A stretch of 64,000 nucleotides of DNA from Octopus vulgaris (Eukaryota), in contig OX597820.1 in the NCBI GenBank assembly GCA_951406725.2, forward strand, positions 17,608,001 to 17,672,000. Direction: 5' to 3'. A model generated the notes under the pieces. It worked only from the letters and a program-made list of their open reading frames with translations. It searched no databases and was not told the DNA's origin. Both the position numbers and the translations under genes were made by a program. Shown one piece after another: positions 40,690 through 51,301 of this stretch. Numbering within the stretch: the stretch's first letter is position 1; the number at the start of each line of letters is the position of its first letter.

Positions 40690-42900
40690 AATTTATCATG
40701 GTAGTTTTATTAAAGAATCCATTCATAATTTTTTTGAGTAGTGTTGGTTTGCCGCGTGAATATAGTTTTTAATTCCATTTATTCTATTTCTCCATTCATA
40801 ATTTTTAAATGGCGTTTGCTTCCGTAGCGCGTATTCTTTTTATACATAAGTTATGTTCCTATGGCAACGTAATTTTGGTTTGATTTTTTTAACGGCTTAG
40901 AATTTAATTTCACTTCATAATTTGAAACTGACTTGAAAGTATGTATATTATTTGTCCTTATGTCATATTGTTATTTTTGATATTCTGGTTAATTACGATG
41001 TATTTTATATATCGTTTTATGTGTAATAATGTTGTTTTTCTTTGGAGTGTTTATGTATGTGAGATTGTGTGTGAGTGTGTGCGTATTTTAGTTGTATAAT
41101 TTATTTATCTGTATGAGTGTGGGTGTGTAAATATTGTTGTATATATCGAGTTTAGTGAGTATGTATATGCGTATATGTGAGGGAGTATATGTATATGTTG
41201 TGTGTGTGTGTTTTACGTATGTATATTTGTGTGTGAATGTGTATATGGGTTTGTTATATAGGTTTGGGGATGTATGTGTTAATTTCTCTGTGTGGGGAGG
41301 GAGTGGGTTTTTGGTGTATATTGAGGTTTATACGTTAGTATAGGTATGTGTGAGTGAGGTGGGTATTTGTATAAGTCGTGGGTCTGTGGTTTACGTGTGT
41401 GTATGTGTGTGAATGTTTAGGTTAGGGGGATTGCTATATAGGTTTGTTATAGAGTTTAGCAAAGGGAGATTTTATCATTATATGTTTTTATGAGTTTTGG
41501 TTTGTCATGGTGGTTTTATTAAGGAATTCGTAGTAATTTGTCTATTTACGATGTTTGTTGTTTTATTGCATTTTTTCATTCATAATTTTTGAGTGGTGTT
41601 CGTTTTACCACGTGAATATTATTTTTAGTTCCATTTATTCCATTTCTCCATTCATAATTTTAAAAGATGTTCGTTTTCCAGAGCGGGAATACTTTTTATA
41701 AATATGTTAGGTTCCTTGGTAACGTAATTTTATGTGGTGTATATGTTGAGGCTTATATGTACTTGTGGGTGTGTGTGAGTGGGGTGGGTGTTTGTATTTG
41801 TTATGGGTGTGTGGTTTACGTGTGTGTATTTGTGTGTGAATGTATAGGTTAAAGGGATTGCTATATAAGTATGTTATAGGGTTTAGTAAAGGGAGGTTTT
41901 ATCATTTATGTTTTTATGAGTTTTAATTTATCATGGTAGTTTTATTAAAGAATCCATTCATAATTTTTTTAAATAATGTTAGTTTACCGCGTGAATATAA
42001 TTTTTAATTCCATTTATTCTATTTCTCCATTCATAATTTTAAATGACGTTTGCTTCCATGGCGCGTATTCTTTTTATACATAAGTTATGTTCCTATGGTA
42101 ACGTAATTTTGGTTTGATGTTTTTAACGGCTTAGAATTTAATTTCACTTCATAATTTGAAACTGACTTGAAAGTATGTATATTATTTCTCCTTATGTCAT
42201 ATTGTTATTTTTGATATTCTGGTTACTTACGATGTATTTTATATATCGTATTATGTGTAATAATGTTGTTTTTCTTTGGAGTGTTTATGTATGTGGGATT
42301 GTGTGTGAGTGTGTGCGTATTTTGGTTGTATAATTTGTTTATCTGTATGAGTGTGGGTGTGTTAATATTGTTGTATATATCGAGTTTAGTGAGTATGTAT
42401 ATGTATATGGTGTGTGTTTTACGTATGTATATTTGTGTGTGAATGTGTTTATGGGTTTGCTATATAGGTTTGGGGATGTATGTGTTTATTTGTCTGTGTG
42501 GGGTTTAGTGGGTTTTTGGAGTATATGTTGAGGTTTATATGTATGTATAGGTATGTGTGAGTGAGGTGGATATTTGTATGTGTCGTGGGTGTGTGGTTTA
42601 CGTGTGTGTATTTGTGTGTGAATGTTTAGGTTAGGGGGATTGCTATATAGGTATGTTATAGAGTTTAGTAAAGGGAGATTTTATCATTATATGTTTTTGT
42701 GAGTTTTGGTTTGTCATGGTGGTTTTATTAAGGAATTCGTGGTAATTTGTGTCTATTTGCGATGTCTGTTGTTTTGTTACATTATTTCATTCATAATTTT
42801 TGAGTAATGTTCGTTTTACCAAGTGAATATAATTTTTAATTCCATTTGTTCCATTTCTCCATTAATAATTTTAAATGATGTCCGTTTCTAGAGCGGGAAT
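40690..42900 (+). repeat. Nested tandem repeats in the Naiad 3' region (~1.2 kb period)
   Basis: 40690..41700 recurs at 41925..42900. The sub-unit tcatggt.gttttattaa.gaat...tttctccatt.ataattttaaa occurs at ~40696, 41505, 41931 and 42715. Confidence 0.85.
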
Positions 42901-43301
42901 GTGGGTTGTATGTGTGTGTGAGGGAGTATGAATAAGTATTGTGTTGAAGTATTTGGCTATTTTATTTATTTATCGTTGCCTAGACGTTTTTATGTGTATG
43001 TATAGGGATATATATATAGGTGTGTGATTTAGTGTATGTATTTAGATATGGTTATATATAATTAGTTATATGTGTATGGGTGTATATATAGTTTATTTTT
43101 TGTTTTGTTTTATATTTTATATTTTATATTTAATTGTTGATAGGTTTATTTTAGTTTATATATTGTTTATATATTGATTATATATGGATTATATATAGGT
43201 TATATATAGATTATATATTTATATTTTTTTTCATTAATACTTTAATTATTTTAAAATTATTATTTTTATATTTTAAAATATTTATATTTTAGATTGGAAG
43301 T

Positions 43302-43344
43302 CCACCTGAAGATTGTCGATCAGGACAAGAAACAATTGTAGTGG
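43302..43344 (+). ncRNA. Minimal type I hammerhead (3' pLTR)
   Basis: Identical to 36470..36512. Predicted cleavage after 43340. Confidence 0.92.
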
Positions 43345-43571
43345 CGGTTTTTTTGACATTTTATTAAAATTTTAATGTATTGATTAAGTCTTTCCTTGTT
43401 TGTTTTGCAAAATAGTGGTTTTGTCTCTAATAATATTATATAATATTTTACTATAAAATTGGATTTAATCCTAAATCTGATTTTTCCCTGTAAATTTGGA
43501 TTTATTCCCTAATATTTATTATATATATATATATATATATACGCGTGTGTATGTGTTCGTGTGTATGTATA

Positions 43572-43619
<48 letters not shown>

Positions 43620-44233
43620 GAGAATGTGTTAACCTCTTGAAGAAATGGTTTCATCCAAAAAATGCTGGTTCAATACCTAGTATTTTGGGAAATGAATTTC
43701 ATTAGTTAAGAAAAAGTTTGTAAGGAAGAGAACTATATTAGCAGAGTTACAGCTTCAAAGGGTTTAAACAAATTCTTCAGTGTGAAGCACATCTTTATTT
43801 TCAACAGGTATTAATGCTTATATTATATTATGTTGCATCATATTATATTATGTTATATTATGTAATATAGTTATACTATTCCATAATTTAATTGCATATT
43901 TATCAAATACTTAAATTTAGAGAACACATATTTTCCCACATGAACACAAGATAAATTTTCTCTTTTCGTAAGTTAAGTAGGGCATTCCTAGAAGTAAGTG
44001 TTTTTAAGGCTTCTGTGATGCATAAATTGCATTTCTTGTTATTAATTTTATAAGTCATTGCCTCAGCAATAATATCCCACTTAATTTCAATTTCAATGTT
44101 ATTATCCTATTATCCTTCAATTCCAAAATAAATTTTACTTAATGCGGTGGACTTGATTTTTTTTTTTTTTTTGCTTATTTTTAAAAGATTGGGGATTATT
44201 AACTTCCCAATCTCCATTTTGTTTTTCTTTTAA

Positions 44234-44292
<59 letters not shown>

Positions 44293-44449
44293 TGTATACC
44301 TGTATTATGTATGTATACGTATATGTACATATAATCATCTATATAAATGTATACACGTATATTTACATACACACATGTTAATATATTCTTGTGCTTATGT
44401 TAGAAACAATTATAGATATATGTATGTATGTATGTATATATATATATAT

Positions 44450-44486
<37 letters not shown>

Positions 44487-44499
44487 TAGATAGATAGAT

Positions 44500-44560
<61 letters not shown>

Positions 44561-45539
44561 TATACATATACATATATACGTTCATCACAACAGTGATAAA
44601 TGAATCGTATCTACGCACTAAATGGAAACAAATATTAGGTCCATCGACTTCAAACTTGTGACCCGTTGCAACGACACTTCCATTGCCATGTATTTTCTAG
44701 TTCATCTCTACCTTTTCTGGTAGATTATACACTTGCCTGCGGAGTATGTTAGGACCAGGCACTGTATATTTTTTTTTCTATTCATTGGTCCCGAGTTTAT
44801 ATGTATGAGCACCGTAAATTTCTAAAAAAAAACAAAAACACGCAAGCTTGTAGCACGGTCATAGAACCACACAGGATAGTCAGTGAATTCTGGGTAGCTG
44901 AGTATTGTGGGTGGTCAGTGGGATGCATTTTTGTAATACAAACAGAAACTTGGACTGATCGCCGAGCCGCGTTATCATAGAATAATCCGTCCTAAGAGAA
45001 ACATGGTTCACAATTAATCGCGCCGTGTTATCTCGGATCAGCCATGACTGAATCAGTGATAAATGAGGTTATATGTTTTAGAATACACTTACTGTTTCTG
45101 TCGTTATTAAAATTATAATGTGAGTAGTATTTTTATTACAGTTCGTTTATGCTTATAAACTTCATAAAGTTCATGGAAAGAAGAAGGATCTGACGTTTCG
45201 TGAATGGCCCTTTATATCAAAGGGAAAAGAACTTTTTCAACTTTTAAACAAGTTTCTCTTTTCCAGACGATGTGTCTGTCACGAAACATTAGATTCCTGT
45301 TCTCCCCGCAGCGTTGGAACTCTTTTTCAAATTTAATCAAAGAACTTTCCTTTGTAACTTTTACGGGTATAAACCGCCATCACGACATTTTACGTGTTAC
45401 ACATGGAAATTATTACCCACCGCACCTCTTTTATGCATTTCCTAAAAGTATTGCTTCTCTTGTAAAATTATAGAAAGACATACCGCTAGTGTGTGCAATT
45501 CATACATATAAAACGCCATAATATGAGCCGCGTCGCTCA

Positions 45540-45764
45540 TAAAGGTGATGAGCTGGCAGAAACGTTAGCACGCCGCGTGAAATGCTTAGCGGTATTTCGT
45601 CTGCCGTTACGTTCTGGGATCAAATTCCGCCGAGGTCGACTTTGCCTTTCATCCTTTCGGGATCGATTAAATAAGTACCAGTTACGCACTGGGGTCGATA
45701 TAATCGATTTAATCCGTTTGTCTGTCCTTGTTTGTCCCCTCTATGTTTAGCTCCTTGTGGGCAG
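45540..45764 (+). mobile_element. SINE family D
   Basis: Family match; abuts a family B copy tail to tail. Confidence 0.85.
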
Positions 45765-46102
45765 TCGGAGACCCCCTTCGGTCACGACACAGACCATGGG
45801 ATTGCACCTAGAAAGTTACCCTCCTAGACACAAGTCCGGGCGAGGTTCTTTATGGAAGACCAGCAGTTGCCAATGCATACCAGCCTCCCCTCTCCACGCC
45901 ACCAGTGTTATCCAAGGGAAAGACAAAGGTCGATACAGCTTGTCACCAGTGACGTCGCAACTCATTTCTACAGCTGAGTGAACTGGAGCAACGTGAAATA
46001 TAGTGCCTTGCTCAAGAACACAACACGCAGCCCGGTCCGGGATTCGAGCTCACAACCTCAAGACCGTAAGCTCGACGCTCTAACCACTGAGCCATGCGCG
46101 TT
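45765..46102 (-). mobile_element. tRNA-derived SINE (family B)
   Basis: Reverse complement of 55815..56160. Confidence 0.88.
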
Positions 46103-46182
46103 TGTAAGAAGCGGAAGTTCAGGAGGGGCGTTTTGATATGAAACGTTCTCTCACTCTGTTTTCGATCTACTTGTCTTTAACA

Positions 46183-46757
46183 TGTTTTAGTTATTTGACG
46201 TTGGACATGCTGGAGCACTACACTGAAGGGTTTAGTCGAACAAATATGTGTGTGTGTATGTATGTATGTATGTATGTATGTATGTATGTATGTATGCATG
46301 CATGTATGCATGTATGTGTATATGTATGTATGTATTTTCAATTGGCTTCTACACCCTTTGTGCCTATCAAATTCATTCACAAGGCATTGGTCGGCTATAG
46401 CAGAAGACACTGGCTCAAGGTGCCGCGCAGATGGACTGGGCACAAAACCACGTGATTGCAGTCGTCTTCTTAACCATACAACTATACCTGCACCCATAAA
46501 AACATGCCGAAGTTGGTTTTAATTGTAAACTGAGATCGGTTTACCGATTCAGCACCTCTTTAAGTACCAACATTTTTGGGGAAGGGACTAGTCGGTTATA
46601 TCAACCCCAGTGTTTCACTGGTACTTAATTTATCGACCCCGAAAGGATGAAAGGCAAAGTCGATCTCCGTGGAATTTGAACTGAGAACGTAGCGACGGGC
46701 GATATACCGTTAAGCATTTCGTCCAGCACGCTACCGATTGTGCCAGCTCGCTGCCTT
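46183..46757 (-). mobile_element. Diverged SINE family E (46183..46495) and family D (46575..46757)
   Basis: Similarity to the other copies in the window. Confidence 0.75.
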
Positions 46758-46758
46758 A

Positions 46759-46811
<53 letters not shown>

Positions 46812-46836
46812 ATTGATGATGATGATGATGATGACG

Positions 46837-46880
<44 letters not shown>

Positions 46881-48197
46881 TTGTGTTGTATTCCATGAAG
46901 ATAGTTCGCTACTTTCCCTCCTCAAGCTTTCAGTCATACTATAACATCTCTTATCCTTCACTCGCCCCAGGACACTGGATGTGTATCAGCAAATGACTGT
47001 AACAAACACGCAGATTAAAAATAAACAATAATGTTAACTAATTTCTTACATCAATGGAAAATATTCGATATTTTAGTTTCAAGGTTGATACAATTGTCTT
47101 TGATAACTTGACACAATAGAAAGGCAAAAGTGGGAATTGAAATCAAATTCTCAACACCATTCACTTAGTGCTTACTTCTACTCTCTTAATTTCTCACTAA
47201 TGCTACATAACTCATTACCAATGCCATTTAAGTTCGGGAAATTGCTACCAGTTGCAGACAATCAGATAACAATATGTGGTTCTATGTTCCACTGTCTTCG
47301 GAATGAATGGCATACATATCTAGATTGACTATCTTTCATTAAAATTCACTATCATTCTTTAAGATCAATAAATACCAGTAATTCTCCTGATGAAATTCAA
47401 TCAACTTTACGATTTCCTATACAATAATGACATACTGCCGATTCGAAACAAATTATTATTATTTCCAGAATATTCTTTTAGTTTTAAATGAGATCTTTAC
47501 TTAAGAATATGCTTTCGTTCACACCAGTATAAGGTCAATTAAATTCGGTGTTGATGCCCCGTGATGACTCGATGCTTTTCCAGATTATTTTCCAACACAA
47601 AATGTCAATTATTATTAGAATCCCTTATCAAGAATTCCTCTCACGAGTGATACACAAGCATCGTGGCAGTGAGTGCAGGTGAGCTCTGAGAAAAAAACAA
47701 ACGAAAACAAAAAATGTTTTATGTTTTTGATACCGTTCATATTATTTTCTTTCAAATCGTTTCTCCCGAGACTTTCCCCAATAAGATTAATCAAAACAAA
47801 TTCTACTGAAATAAAATGAGATATTCAATGAAAAACACAATGAACGTGGTACCAGAAGAATTCTGGCAAGATTTGTAAATGCTTCGGATAAAGATAAACT
47901 GGAAGTGGCATTTAAATTGGACACCGTTTTAATGGTTCCACGTTGTTACTGTTCAACTAGAAATAAAAGACAGCTAAAGAGTAATGGAATAATTTGTCAT
48001 GACTTGAGGACATTTGTTCGCGTTTCTCCTTATTGGTGTCTTTGTATGTGTGTTTGTTAGTGTGTAGCCACTAGTGTGCGCATTGAGTTGGCGGATGTAT
48101 TGTAAGGGTGGAAGAACCAGTGGCCACCGTGAACGTGTTTGTCAGTGTTTGTGTGAGATTCCAGGCTCTGGATTCGATTTAAATAAGTGTAAGGAGG

Positions 48198-48282
48198 ATG
48201 TATGTATGTATGTATCTATATATGTATCTATGATTGCATGTATGTATGTGTATGTATGTATGTATGTATCTATGCATGTTTG

Positions 48283-48316
<34 letters not shown>

Positions 48317-48932
48317 TGTATGTATCTGTGTATGTATGTATGTATGTATGTATGTATGTATGTATTCATGAATGTACGTATGTGTGTATCTATCTATTTC
48401 TGTATGTATGTATGTATGTATGTATGCGTGTATGTATGTATGTATGTATGTATGTTTGTATGTATGTACAGATGGATGGATGTGTATACGTATGTATGAG
48501 TGTGTACGTATATATGTATGTGTTGTATGTATGTGTGTATGTATGTGTGTATGTTTCTATGCATGTATGCAAGTATATATGTATGTATATACACGTATAT
48601 ATGTGTGTACGTAAATGTATATACGAACGTATGTATGCATGTAAATACGTTTGTATATCTGTAGTTATGTATGTGTATATGTATATACGTGTATAAGTAA
48701 ATGTATATGTATATACACATGTATATATGCGTGTATGTACGTTTGTGTTTTTGTATGTATGTATGTATTATGCATGTATGCATACATGTATATATTCTTT
48801 TATTCTTTTATTCGTATGTATATATACATGTATATGTATGTATGTAAATATATATGTATATACGAATGTATGTATGATTGTATGTACGTTTGTGTTTCTG
48901 TATTTATGTATGTATATACGTATGTATATATG
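48198..48932. repeat. Degenerate (TATG)n microsatellite
   Basis: Direct inspection. Confidence 0.95.
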
Positions 48933-49264
48933 TCCAATGACTGCAGTGACCGGAATAAGTAACAGAATACAGGAATAAAAGAATAATAAACCAGGATTCA
49001 GTAAGCAAGTGCAAATACGGAATTCAATGATTAATAAATGAACGAAGTCATTCAACCATAAACCTCCATACCAAAACGACCAAGAGCTAAAAGAATTGTA
49101 ACATGTGCCTCTACACGCTCCAACGGCCTGCTAGAAACAGTAGCCATATACCCCTAAAGTTATTCACTGCCGTCTTGTATAGGGAGGGATCCATTTGCAT
49201 CTACGAGAGAAGGAAGGTGGCTCGAATGGTTAGTTTGTATTTGACAAAACCGTTCAGTTAAGAC

Positions 49265-49603
49265 CATAGGTTCTCAAAGTGGGCGTTACAACCCGCAGCC
49301 CCCGTGGGCGTTGAGACGGTCCAAGGTGGGCGCTTGTGCCTAAGTGGGTGGTGTGGGCGGCGGTAGAGAAAAAGGAGGCGTTGGGAGGAAGGCAGCGAAT
49401 TGGGGGACGCTATGAAGTTATTATAATATTATTGTAGTATTGTATACAAATTATATAATATATTAGATATCAAATGATTCATATTTTATATGAATTAGTA
49501 AAATATAAAATATTTATTTATACATAAAAATAGGAGTGATGGCGCTGAAGGTATTATGCGGCCATGAATGAGGACGGTGAGCCAAAACGTTTGAGAACCT
49601 CTG
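49265..49603. mobile_element. hAT (Charlie-like) MITE
   Basis: TIRs cataggttctcaaa / tttgagaacctctg. The flanking 8-mers gttaagac / gttttgaa match only 5/8. Confidence 0.6.
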
Positions 49604-49867
49604 GTTTTGAATACACATTGCTATACGTTTACCCCACTCATTGTGAACTCGTAATTGCACATCTGGTAATACTTGTGCAAAGGCGTTGGTAATGCGTTCA
49701 TTCAAATGATTTAGGTCTTTTATCTTTACGCGATACACCATGCCTTTCAAATGACACCAAAGATAGAAATCAAGAGGGGTCAGATGAGGGAATCTAGAGG
49801 ATCTTATAAACTGCTTCTTATAAAAAAATAAATTTTTCCTATGCATGGAAACTTTTGAATCGCCCTG
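49604..49867 (-). mobile_element. Internally deleted Tc1/mariner-superfamily element
   Basis: End (TA)cagggcgattcaaaagt is joined to the C-terminal motif RFPHLTPLDFYLWCHLKGMVY...L..RI...R...CI (SPDLTPLDFFLWG type). Confidence 0.75.
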
Positions 49868-49900
<33 letters not shown>

Positions 49901-50022
49901 AAAACATATGGTATATATGCATGTATGTTTGCATATATGTAAATGTATATATACATAAGAAGCTCTAAGTCTTTTTTTATTTATTATTAAAATATGAATG
50001 AGATGCAGCCCAGGGGATATAA

Positions 50023-50112
50023 ACAATATCGAACGCACATACACAAGGTATGTGTTTTGCCTGCCCACCAACTGGCAAAACACATGCCTTGTGTATGTGC
50101 GTTCGATATTGT
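50023..50112. repeat. Near-perfect ~39-bp-arm hairpin next to (TA)n
   Basis: acaatatcgaacgcacatacacaaggtatgtgttttgcc / ggcaaaacacatgccttgtgtatgtgcgttcgatattgt, with one G-T pair. Confidence 0.9.
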
Positions 50113-50144
50113 CTATTTACATACATATATATATATATATCTAT

Positions 50145-50225
<81 letters not shown>

Positions 50226-50887
50226 GTATGTATGTATGTATGTTTGTATATATATATATATGTATATGCATATATATGGAGCTTGCTTACTAAGTCGAAT
50301 AAGAAGCTCTAAATCTGATTTTTTTTATATGTACAATAATGTACATGCTGTTTAATAACGTTTATTGAATTTATAAGTAAACCTCACCCAATAATGCATT
50401 CGTATTTCCATAACATTAATCTAGGTATCAAATAATATGTATATTCAGATACTCCAGAGGAAAATTTCGAAATATCACACTTCGTTTGTAAAGCAACAAG
50501 CACTACCTCACATATATCCTTTCTGTTTTTTTATGTTATATTTTTCAACCAAATATTCGAGATAGATTATCAGGAATGATATTTAACTCAGTCGATGGCA
50601 CCCATCTATGTGCCAACAACACGCTATCACATAGTTATACACTCATCGATGCAGTAAATAGAGACATTGAGTCAGTATCCTTCGTTCAATATGTCAGGTA
50701 CATGCGTAGAAAATATTTCCATGACTGAATTATGAAAATGGAATTCACTTAAGAATATTGAAAATATTATGGACATGGCTCTCTGGATAAGAAGCTCATA
50801 TCACAATTACATAGATCAGAGATTCATCTCTGAGCACGGCACCTTATCCGAGGCCATAGTATTGTATAATAGCATCGAACATGCATG

Positions 50888-50919
<32 letters not shown>

Positions 50920-50985
50920 CATATGTGCATGCATGCATGCATACATACATACATACATACATACATACATACATACATACATACA

Positions 50986-51017
<32 letters not shown>

Positions 51018-51023
51018 CATACA

Positions 51024-51140
51024 TCAGTGCAAAAAATAACACCTATGCTGAACTATTGAGAAATCTGCAGTTACTCTATCCAGATTACAAGTTCAGGTTT
51101 ATACCTGCAATTATTGGAGCCCTGAGATATGTAACACACT
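51024..51140 (+). mobile_element. Small fragment of a restriction-like-endonuclease non-LTR element
   Basis: KNNTYAELLRNLQLLYPDYKFRFIPAIIGAL resembles the K..KY..L...PiiiGalG motif of R4/Dong-type elements. Confidence 0.5.
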
Positions 51141-51301
51141 CTGTTTTCGGCATTTTAATTTAGAAAGTAACATTATAATTAAAAAAGGTACCATCATTTT
51201 GTTAAAATGTCGACACACTAGAATACTTAAAAAATCAGAGCCAGAAGTACCAATATGGTTAAAGTTTTATGCAAAGTAAAATAGTTATTTTTTTATTTAT
51301 T

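Larger units (their letters stand above)
35291..43522 (+). mobile_element. Near-complete Naiad-type Penelope-like retroelement with inverted + direct pLTRs, inserted in (TA)n
   Basis: 35291..36430 is the reverse complement of 42302..43442. 36431..36689 is a direct repeat of 43263..43522. RT-GIY-YIG ORF 36747..39266. Three identical hammerheads. (TA)n at both ends. Confidence 0.93.

Noticed and set aside
45186-45298. Inverted repeat with hammerhead-like remnants on both arms
   Set aside because: The cores are too degenerate (CAGACGA / no intact CUGANGA) to call; counted only as a trace.
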